From positions 226,114,001 to 226,178,000 of the forward strand of contig OZ024740.1 in the NCBI GenBank assembly GCA_964016885.1: 64,000 nt of DNA. The letters run 5' to 3'. Each line of letters begins with the position of its first letter. The stretch's first letter is position 1. Both the position numbers and the translations under genes were made by a program. The notes beneath the pieces were generated by a model, which was given only the letters and a program-made list of their open reading frames with translations, was not told where the DNA came from and made no database searches. Positions 39,052 to 50,606 of the stretch are shown here, in pieces. This stretch comes from Eledone cirrhosa (Eukaryota).

Positions 39052-39183
39052 AACTTCTCCCAGGAGTTTTCACAAGCAACTGGTAAAATAGACTTTAGGC
39101 ACGATGACTCAACTGCAATGGAATTCAAAGAGAGCCAAGATTATCATAACAATGTTGTTGAATGGGCATTAAAATCTGACAAA
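39052..39183 (+). CDS. Probable internal coding exon of an unidentified host gene (132 bp, phase 0/0): NFSQEFSQATGKIDFRHDDSTAMEFKESQDYHNNVVEWALKSDK
   Basis: Pyrimidine-rich acceptor 'ttctttcatag', donor 'AAA|gtaatt'; only one frame is open; length is a multiple of 3; non-repetitive and more GC-rich than its flanks. Confidence 0.65.
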
Positions 39184-39471
39184 GTAATTGGTTATATTTT
39201 TTGTTGATTTTTTTAAAGCTTTTTCTACCTTTATTTTCTTCTTTTTTTTTCTAAATGATGTACATCATATTTCATTATCAATAATGTTTCCCTTAAAAAT
39301 TTACAAATTACAATGTTAGAATGGATGTCTGATTAAAGTTTTAGTAAAGTAAGAAAACAAAATAAATGAGCCATAAACACACAACTGCAACATTCCCATT
39401 CACCTACACATGCAACCAGGCATAGAGACACACACACACATATGTATATATATATATATATGTGAGTGTAT

Positions 39472-39526
<55 letters not shown>

Positions 39527-42500
39527 TGTGTGTATGTGTGTTTATATGCATGTCTGTGTATGTTTCTATATATTCATATATATATATATATATACAACCA
39601 ATCTAATTAAGATTTTCTAATGTAACCACACATGTGAGCATGCACACACATATATATATATATGTATGGGTGTATGTGTCTGTCTGTCTGTGCATTTTTG
39701 TGAATGTATCTATATATTCATATGTATATATACAACAAATTTAATTAAGATTTTCTAATGTATTCTAATTTCATCAAGAGAATCATTGAGAATCTTTTCT
39801 GGAGCAAAAATTACACTAATAAATGTTAATGCTGATAAGAAAAAAAGACACCACATCTTAAACTGAAGATATTTTATCTATTATTATTATTATTAACAAT
39901 AATAATATTAATAATAATGATGATAATAACAATGATGATAACAATAAAGATGCTGCTGTTGTTGAAATTGGTTTGAAGTTCATGAAATTATTACTAATGG
40001 GATAACATAAAATACAATTTATTTTTTTCAAATTTAGGTATTAAATTTCCTTTAACTTTTCAAAATTCTGCTATTCCATTCTAGTAAATGTGTAAATGTG
40101 TGCAAGTTTGAGTGTGTTTGTGTTAAAAATATATGTGTGAGTGTGCATAAGTGTATTTGTGTAAAAAATTTGTGTTTGTGTTTGTTTTTTAACTTTCTAA
40201 AGTTTCCAGTTATTTCCCACTATCTTTAATGTAGTTTTTATTTAAATTATTTTAATTTTTTTATAAGTTTCAGTTTATTTGAAACATGAGAAGCAAGCTT
40301 ATTAGATTAAATAGCTTCTCTCCCTGACCTTTCACGTTACATGTTGCTTTAAATTATTTCAAATTTTAATTTCAATTGCTAATTCTTAAATATTTTTCTT
40401 TTATTATAATTTTCATCAAATTTCCTGAGCCAAAGCTAAGACGGTTCTTCATCTATTGTTCACTCTTTCATTTGTTAACTTTGCTGTTGTTGCAACTGCA
40501 GTTGCAACAGCAGTGGCTGTTATTGTTGTTTCATAATGCTAAGTGGGAAGATGCAGACAGCAAGGAAGTTCCAAGAAATGCAATGTTTAAATCCAAAAGG
40601 AAAAGGGGATGTTGTAGAGAAAATAGTTAGAGTACGGGTGTAGAGAAGAAAATCGGATGTCTTTAAGTGAATTTGACAAAGAGAAAACAAGTTCAGAAGA
40701 ACGGAAATCTTTACAACAAAAAGACATTACTCTGAATAATTTCCATTTGTGATTTCTCTTGAAACTTTCCACTATATTTAAATTTTGTGTGAGACATCTA
40801 GAATTCTCTTCATATTTTGAAGAATTATGTCTCTTTATTAACTTTCTCTACAAGATGGACAATTGGCATGATTCTTAAAGCACAGATGTCAGATCAATTT
40901 CATAAAAGTTTGTTCAAATTTTACAAAATGTAGCTTTAGAAAGTAGACCAACATGAAAATGGTGCTCGAGATTTTAAATATATATATAAGATTTCCTGTA
41001 GATTGGTTCTAATTTACTTTGTTGATAATTTAATACAATATTCTATAGGATTCTTATCTTTAAAAGTTAAGCAAGTAGCTTAAATTTTAAATATATTATT
41101 AGCATGTAGTGCAGAAAAGATGTGTAATCTTTTACTTGTGGCTCAGTCTGGCAACCCTGTTAGAGTTTTGAATAGAATGCGTTACATTATTTGTTCTGCT
41201 TTATTTAGTTTTAGGCTTAGATACCAAAGAGGTTTGATTTGCTGTTCATTCTTTCAGGGTTGGTAAAGAAAATACCAGCTATGTTTTGGTGCAGGATTTT
41301 GCTTCATTTATATGTGGTTTCATGTTCAGTCTCACAGCATGGCATGATGGGCAAATGGCTTTATTATAAGATTGTATTGACCAATGGCTTGTGAGGGAAA
41401 TAGTACAATGCTCATTGTTCATAAATGTGTGTGTACTGGTGCTTATTTTTGTCCAATAATTTAGAGGATCAATGAAAATAGATCCCTTCAAGGAGTGCAT
41501 TAGACTGCCTGGCTGCAATCTAATTAGTGAAATCAGTAAAATATTGAAAGAATGAATTCCTGAAGTTTCTTATGAGATATAATTAAGAGCCAGACACATA
41601 ATAAGGAGCATGTGATTTTATAAAATAAGTAAACAATCAAAAGCTGCGATATTAATAAATTCCCCAATGGGGAACATTTTACATGCTTGAAATAGCAGCC
41701 AAACCTCCTTCAAATCAAACTGTATGATCTTAAAAGAATGCAGGTCTCATTAAATTTTGTTGATATACTATGCCTGATAATAAAAGGGAATGGTCATAGA
41801 TCTACTTAATGAAGGTTGAATAATGGCTAAACAACATTAACTGCCTCACATAGACCAACATAGTATTACCAATTTGAACTCTGACACCTTGTCATAGGCA
41901 TCAACATAAACATCACTGAAAAATTAAATTTGCCAATAAAAACTAAAAAAAAAAAGAAGATAATAAATGTGTTAACTTGACAAATAATGCAGCAATACAT
42001 TCTCAAAGAACTCAACTTGTAGAAACAATGTAAAATGATCACTGATTTGTACAGGCGAAAGTGTAAATAACACTAGTAAACAAAAGTGCATGGTCGAATA
42101 AAATATCAAAAATAGCTGTATATAGTTAAACATTGTCAGTACCAGAATATTGGGCTGGTAAGTTCAAAGTGTTAAATATTACTTCTGGTGATCCTTTGAA
42201 AGAAGCAGCTTTATGATGTTTCTGATAAAAGACACATTGAAGTTGTTTGAGCACAACCTCCTGCCATTTTCTATAAACAAACATGAAACTAAAGATTGTT
42301 GGTTGTTTCCTAATGATCTTCTACATTTCAATACCTGCTAGGGGAATTGTTGTCTTGCTCAGAAGTACCACAAAGCATGCGTGGTTAATGTGAACCCTTC
42401 TGTTATATGTACTCGTTGTACAATACATTACCCACGTGGCTATTTCTCTTCTACATTAGCATCAAAGGTGAAGCGAAATGGTTTGAACTAGAAATCAAAA

Positions 42501-43247
42501 CAAATGTCATCTATCCCCTAGATTTACTTCTACACTAAAACGTCTTTCTTTACAAGTATTCTGCCTAAAAACATTGCTACTTCTAAACCATCTTTCATCT
42601 ACAGACACATATAACTATTAATTTATCACATCAATAAAACTGGTATGACCTAAAGGGCTATTCTATCTGAAGGTTATTAAAGTACTTTAATGACATTGGC
42701 TGACCCCTAAATTCATAGGAACATAAGTTACTCATAACCTGTGGATATTCAAGATGTAGAACTTAAGAGTGTGATTTAAATAATTTACCGAAAGGCTATG
42801 GGCTTCAGATATATCTTTAAAATGGAAATACTCAAAGGAATCAATAGGTAATAAGATTTTGATACGTCTACAATTATTTTATCACATATAAAGACATAAA
42901 TTAAGGAAGTGAAACTTTGATTTCTAACACTGTAAGGAAGTGAGATGGGGTGAGGGATATAGTGAATTAAATCAACCCCATGATGGAAGGTATTTTATTG
43001 ACCATTGAAAGGGGTGAAATATTGACACAAACTATTTTATAGGTGATGGATTTTGAATGGAAACAATATTTACTTGCAGGCATAATTTAACTGAGTCTGT
43101 GCAGGTGTAAGCATGAATACATATAAACATATATGTGTGTGTGTGTGTGTGTCTGTGTGTGTGTGTGTACATTTCCCCATTTACTGAGAATGCTTGAGAG
43201 TTGAAGTCAAATATATACATATGTATGTGTGTGAGCATGCAAGCATT

Positions 43248-43294
<47 letters not shown>

Positions 43295-44986
43295 GAAATA
43301 CTTGCCAAGTTATGTAACTCTTTTTGCTTTAGTCTTGAAAGTTTGCTAATTAGTCTCAGTTCTCCATTATATTTGAGAAGTTAATATCCAATCCAAACTC
43401 TACTAATATATAAAAAAAAAAAGAAATGTAGATTTCCTGAAATATTCCATCCAGGATAGTAAAGAAAATGAAGGAAAATGAATTTTGAATGTTAAATATC
43501 TGTAAAGTGGTAGTGCTGGTGCCATGATAAAATCTTCTTCATGTCATATGACGTATGCACACAATGGTTAGAGAGAGAGGGAGAGAGAGAGATTGAGATT
43601 GGTGAGCCAGACTAAGGTGTTATTTCTAGTATTATGGATTGCCGCCAGGCTGCTGGGAAAGCGTCTGAGGGGGGCAATCCTAAACAACAAGCAGCACTGT
43701 CTGGTAAGTGTATCCCACAATTATATGCTGGGCTGTCTTTCATTTTCCATTGATGGAGATGATGGGCTGTCCAGTCATGTGTTGTGCAGATCTGATTATA
43801 AGACACTCATTGCTTTCTAGGACGGTCAAAGCCTGCTGATTTAGATGTGGAGTCAGGGATGAGGTCTTTGTTAACAAATTTGAACTCATTCCATGCATTT
43901 CCCCACTCTTCCTTCAGATCAAAGTCATTATTTTGAAGGTTCTTCATTGATTCCAGAATAGCTCTGTGTGATTTCAAGCATATAAAATGCACCCAGTGTA
44001 AAGCATTATGACTGATAAATTGCACTCAGTTTACTCTAATTTTTCAATGCTGGTGCTGTGATAAATGCATCCAGTACACACTGACATGATAGTGATGGTG
44101 GCTCAACCAATTACACTCAGTATATTCAGTAAGGTGACCATGTCAGTGCCATGATAAAATACATGCAGCACACATTATAAAGTGGTTGGTATTAGGAAGG
44201 CCATCAGGCTGTAGAAATTAGTTCAAAAATAGAACGTATGAGCAAAATGTCATTTACTGACATGTCTAGTGTCAGACTGTGACAACTCACCCAACCCATG
44301 CCTGCATGGAAAGCCAGCATAGACTGATGATAGTGTTGTTGATTACATACGTACATACATTCATACATGATGGTTGCAACTCGATTTTGAATAATGCCAT
44401 TGCTTCACACTTAAGCCTGAGCATCATGGACATGGCACTTTAGTTCTGCTAGGGACTTGCCTATGGCCAGCAATACCATGCATCATAAAAAATTTACATA
44501 TCAAGCAATGCCTGTGCTTGAAGCTTGTTTAAGGGAGGAAAGGCTTTGCACAGAGCCAATCCCACTCTCTGAACATCAAATGCATTTGCCCAAAAAGAAG
44601 AACTGTTCTATGTCATTGGATGCAAATGAAGTCACAGGTTTTATATCAGAGTGACCTTCTTTTACGCTTATGTAAAAAAAAAAAAAGAAAAATAATTATT
44701 GAATGGCCGTTGCCTCACCTGTGTTCCTCCACATTTTGATGGGTTTTAATTTTCATCCCACAGGGTGTCCAAATTCACCCTCTTCACCAAGCAAGCTTGG
44801 TGGGGTGCCAGTTTAGTCCCCAATGGCCCGACCATGCATAGCTTGTACTGAAAAGCGACCTGGCATTCATACATACACACATATGTACGTACGTACATAC
44901 ACACATAGACACACACACACACACACACACATACATGTGCACACAATATACATCAGAAATCACACATACTATGACACGCATGCATG

Positions 44987-45019
<33 letters not shown>

Positions 45020-46481
45020 GACTACTTAGTTAATCTTGGCTAAATTCCTGTGAAATAGTTTGCTTTTGAGTTGGTGACTGGCTCATTTGTTTTAGTGGAA
45101 GCCTTTTAAAATAAAATCTGCAAAGGCATATTTTCAAGTTGATAGCCTGTATAAACTGTTAGTGACATCAGTAGTCCATAGTCAAAACATTTAGCACTTA
45201 AAGAAGCTTGTCCTCTCAGCTAAAAATACACTAAAACAAGTTGTCAAATTTGTACCAAAAGAACTTGAATTTTCAATTTGTATTTAAGCAGCCTGTAGGT
45301 TTACATATCATGATGTAAAGATCAACTAGTGAAAATAAAATTATTTACAGATAGGAAGTTAATTTAATTCTTGTGAGAAGTAGTGTGGCATAGTTAATAC
45401 CATATCAATAAAGTAATTTACACAGCCGGATGTAATTTATTTACTATAATGAAATAACAAGAGTTTACACAATATAATAAGATGCAAGCAGTAAATCTAT
45501 TCCACATGCCACCACCAAAACTGAAACTTCAGGGTCAACCTTCCTCATGTCCCAGGCTGACAGAATAAGGAAGACATTGCCCTGGAGGATGGTAAGAAAG
45601 ATGTACTGGAACAGCCACACCACTTCACAGGGCTTGCACTTGCGAATAGTCAACCTGTTGTACTGTTAAAGTAAAAAAAACACAGAAGTACTATAAACAC
45701 TCGAATATTATACAACAAACATGTAACCAAGGCTTGTATTATATTTTGACGGTTTTCACCAACTTAAAATTCATTTCTCAGACATAAAATAGTGGGGTCA
45801 GCTTATATTCAAGTATATACCGTAAGTTTAACACTTTTTGCCATTGGAACAGTATTGTGGCTTTGACTACAAAGTGTACGTGGTTGCTACTTTGCAGCAA
45901 TCCACTCCACATTAAATGTGTCAACTGCAGATAATCTGTTCAAGAAGAGCATATATATGATAAAACCACCAGGCATGGCTCTAAGATGAAAGAGTTTGTT
46001 TTGCAACCACTTCATTTAAGGTTCCATCACACTCTGTGGCACTCTGAGTAGGTTTCTAGTACTTATACCATTAGGTTGACCAATGAACTGTGGGTGAACT
46101 TTAGTAGATGAAAACTGGGAAGAAACGTGTTATAATTATATATATATATATATATAATAAATGTAATCTGAGTTTTTCGAATATTAATAATAATATTTGC
46201 TCTTGTATTGGCATGTAACCATAAGAGCAAGAATGAGGGGCTGATTCTACTGATATATATATATATATATAGGAATGAGTAGGACCCCAACGGCTGAGCT
46301 CAAGCCGTTTCGACGGCTAATTCCGGACTAAATTTAGTCCAGAATTAGCCGTCGAAACGGCTTTAGCTCAGCCGTCGGGGTCCTACTCGTTCCTATTACC
46401 CACTCTCCTACCCTAAGTATTGAGTACTTTGGTGCGTTATGGTCCACCTGGTTCCTTACCACATTTCCTCTGTTATATATA

Positions 46482-47515
46482 TCTGGCTAAGACCAAAGTA
46501 CTAGTTCTTTCAATTGCGCAGAGGGTTCTATAGAAATAGTGGACAGCTTCCGTTACCTGGGCGATAAAATCAGCAGTGGGGGAGGGTGCTCTGAAAGTAC
46601 TGTAGCTAGAGTCAGAACTGGTTGGAAAAAGTTCAGAGAGCTTATACCACTATTAGCTGCTAAAGGGTTCTCACTAAAAATGAAAGGCAGGTTGTACGAT
46701 GCCTGCATACGAACAGCAATGCTGCACGGCAGTGAGACCTGGGCATTGTGTGCAGAGGATATACGCAGACTAGAGAGGAACGAAGCTTGCATGCTCCGCT
46801 GGATGTGTAACAGTAATATACGTGAACAGCAAAGCATAAACGAACTAAGAAAAAAATTAGAGATAAGAGGGATCAGATGTTGTTTACTCGAGAGAAGGCT
46901 ACGTTGGTATGGACACGTGATGCGCATGAAAGTCGATAGCTGTATAACAAAGTGCAGGGCAATAAAGATAGACGGTAGTCACGGAATAGGCAGACCTAGG
47001 AAAACCTGGGACGAGCTGATAAACTCCGACATCACACACTTACACCTCTCCAAGACAATGTCACTGGACCGAGACCTTTGGCGGTACTCAGTAACAGAGA
47101 AGACCCGCCTTACCTAAATATATAGTAAAACCTACTCCAGCCAGTAGGCATCTCTAACAAAATACACCCCGTCCCACCACCCCCGCCCCCACCCCATCCA
47201 CACCACCCCATTCTATGTAAAGTTATGTTGGTGCCGCGCCATCCAGGCCGAAACAAATGAGATCGTGTAGGTGTCACGACAAAAAAACACACAGTCCACG
47301 CTGTAATGTGGCCGTGTAGGCAACACGGTAAAAACCTCCCAGACCCACACTGTAAATGTGGTTGGTGTTAGGAAGGGCATCCAACTGTAGAAAACCTGCC
47401 AGACAGTCCTATGCGAGCAAGACAATCACTCTTGCCTCAAGTGGGACTACCCCCGTCCAAACCCATGCAAGCGTGGAACACGGACGTTAAACGTTGATGA
47501 TGATGATGATGATGA
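46482..47515 (+). mobile_element. 5'-truncated RTE LINE (ORF 46539-47117), complete 3'UTR and (GAT)n tail
   Basis: FRYLG, RLYDACIRTAMLHGSETW, LRWYGHVMRM. Confidence 0.95.
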
Positions 47516-47806
47516 TATATATATATATCAGAGTAAATGAAGTATCATTTAAGGTTATCCAAGGAGATGTTATGAGTAATCTGTTCTGTGGAGGATTTTA
47601 AAAAGTGGCGTGATTGACTCAACAAGATGCTTACTTAGTTGTGCCTGGCATAAGCAGTATTTCAAATAGAATTTCACAATAACATTGTAGATAGCAATTT
47701 TAAGATGCAATAAATTATGTACTAGACAAAAACATATGTTAATACTTCGAATAAAACCCTATTAATCTTCATTAATTCATTATATATATTTATATACATA
47801 TATATA

Positions 47807-48086
47807 TGTAATCTGAGTTTTTCGAATATTTATAATAATATTCGATTTGTTTGCAATTATGCAATTATGCAAACAGCTTCTTTAAGCCATGTCAGTTGGT
47901 AGATAAACAATATACTGTACTGATGAAGGGTAATCACCCAGAACCATTAGGGTCTTCAGTTCTGTTTACATGCCAATACAAGAGCAAGAATGACGTAGTC
48001 ATTCTACTGACATGGCTTAAAGAGGATGTTTGCATAATTGCAAACAAATCAAATATTATTATTAATATTCGAAAAGCTCAGATTAT
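47807..48086 (+). mobile_element. Penelope-like fold-back cassette with degenerate hammerhead (47914-47960); related fragment at 46160-46253
   Basis: Inverted arms about 47807-47896 and 48007-48086; interior actgta-CTGATGA-a-gggt/accc-aGAA-cc..gg-TC-ttcagt. Confidence 0.6.
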
Positions 48087-48299
48087 ATTTATTGTGTTCA
48101 GCCACGTAGAACGATAAACTACGTGTTAGTTATTATATATATATATATGTGTGTGCAGGTGTTAACATTTATTGATTGTTTATGTCCCATAACTTAGGAG
48201 TTGGACATAAAGAGATCAATAAAATAAGTAGTGGAGGCAATGTGATTGATTAAATCCCTTCAAGGTGGTTCCCCAGCATAATCATTGGTTAGAATTAAC

Positions 48300-49618
48300 A
48301 ATGACTATAGTGAAAAATGTAGTGTGTAGGTAATTCTTATCAGGGCTCGTTCTTAACCCTCTTCTGTTTATTATTTACCTACAGGCTATAACACAAGACT
48401 GGCTTCCCATGGGAACTTCTGTATACAGATGATCTAACAGTTATAGCTGAATCTATGGGAAAATTAGAGGTGAACTTCCAAACCTGAAAGTATGACCTGC
48501 AATCAAACGGTCTTAAAATTAACTTGTCAAAGACTAAAGTCCTAGTATGTAGAAACAAAGTCAGATTCCCTCAGAGAGATGGCCTTGCTCAAGGTGCAGG
48601 AAAGGAGTAGGTAGAAATTTCATCCTGTGGCGTCACAGGCAGGCTTTCAAAGAATATAGGTTTATTATGTCACCAATGCACAGGTTCAGTAACTATCAAG
48701 AGCCTACAGGATACTTGCTCCTTCAAATGCCCAGAGTGCTTTGTAGAAATAATCGACAGTTTCTGTTCCCTGCGTGACCAAATCAGCAGTGGAGGAGAAT
48801 GTTTCAAAATTACAGATAAAGAATGGATTAAGATGGAGAAAGTTCAAGGAGCTACTACCACTGCTAGCTACAAAATATTTTTCCCTCAAAATGAAAGGCA
48901 GATTGTACAATGCATGTACAATATTGCATGACTTGGCACTGTATGCAGAGGACCTGTGAAGATTGGGAAGAACTGAAGCTTGCATTATCCAATGGATGTG
49001 TAATAGCAATATATACAAACAGCAAAGCATAAAAATCAATTGAGAGAAAATTTGAGCATAAGATTGATCAGATGTAGTGTGTAAGAGAGGATATTGTGTT
49101 GGTATGGCCATGTGATACATATGTAGGATGACAGCTGTATAAAAAGTTCCACGGTGATCATAGTTGATGGAAGCTATGGATTAGGAAAACTCAGGAAGGG
49201 CTGGGATGAGATGATAAAAGCTGACCTTGCACCTCTCAAAGTCAATGACACAGGATCGAGATCTTTGGCATTCTGCAGTGATACAGAAGACCGACCTTCT
49301 CATGTGAACAGATTGAAACATATATTTAGTATGCACCTCTTAACCACTACCCTCCTTCCCATTCCATACACCTCCTACACCCCCAACATCCCACCCACAT
49401 CTGATCACTGATCTCCCATATCTTTACAGCCCTGTCCCAGTCCCCAGTTCACACTGTAAATGTGGTTGGTGCTAGGAAGGGCATCCAGTTATAGAAACCA
49501 AGCCAGAAACAGTTCTGTATGAGGAAGACACAATCACCTAACCTGAATTGCCTCAAATGGGACAACCCATATAACCCATACTAGCATGAAAAATAGACAC
49601 TCCACAATGATGATGATG
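48300..49618 (+). mobile_element. Degenerate RTE LINE copy
   Basis: Colinear with 35230-36320 plus 3'UTR; many stops and frameshifts. Confidence 0.88.
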
Positions 49619-49696
49619 GTATATATATATATTTATATATATTGGGTTTTAAATTAACAATGAAAGTAAAAATGTTATTTTACCTACTCATATCAT

Positions 49697-49818
49697 TGTT
49701 TTACGATCATTTCGGAGGGTTGCTCATATTGACATATTGTCTGATCTAAAGCAGTTATATAACTGTATACTATCAGACCTTATATATAGGCTCAATCAGA
49801 CTGTCTTCTTCAGAAAAA
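49697..49818 (-). ncRNA. Hammerhead-like motif with long stem II inside an inverted-repeat cassette (49641-49888)
   Basis: Minus strand: tttt-CTGAAGA-[about 93 nt incl. gtctgat/atcagac and cagtta/taactg pairs]-GAAA-t-gatc-g-TA-aaa. Confidence 0.5.
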
Positions 49819-50606
49819 ATCTGAATGAACAGGTAAAATAATTTGACTTTGTTGTTTTTATTTTCATTGTTAATTTAATACCTAACATCTGACTGTATCT
49901 AAGGAATTAACTCAGCAGAACACGGAACATTTCTATGGATTTCACTGGACTACTCACCATCAGATTACATTGAGTTCTATCTGCAGTACGAAACCTACCA
50001 CCAAGGGTAGACCACACTGAAAAATATATTTATATATATATGTATTGAAATATTGTATTTCTAAAGAAATACAGTATGTTTATAGATAAATATTTAGAAA
50101 GCCATAGCTATGTGAAACACCGAGGCTAACACTCTCTGGTAGTGTCCAGCAGTAAGTTCGAAATGCATCGACGATTGTTCCCCTTGGTTCTGGTGTTTGC
50201 ATAGCTACGGCTTTCTAAATATTTATATATAAACATACTGTATTTCATTAGAAATACGAGATTTCAATACATATCTGTATAGAGCTATGCATGAAGCTAA
50301 ATTCTAATTCTATATATAATGGATGCAGTATATCTCAACAAATAAGGTAATCTGTGCCTACCCAGATTAAACTATAAATATAAATTATTCAATATAAATA
50401 GTAAATAATTCCTAAACAATTACAGAAATGCTCAATAATTATTGAATTTGACGATATAATTCACTAAATGGTTAATATTTTCATGTTAGGAACAATTTAA
50501 CTCAATGTATATATTCTGCCACATGCCATTAAGCCACATGCCATGAACAATGTTTCATAATACATTAACTATGTCATGAGACAGAAAACCTTATGGATTT
50601 GGTTGA

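Noticed and set aside
42140-42157. 18-nt microexon with a perfect gtaagt donor
   Set aside because: The acceptor lacks a pyrimidine tract; such matches are expected by chance in 64 kb.
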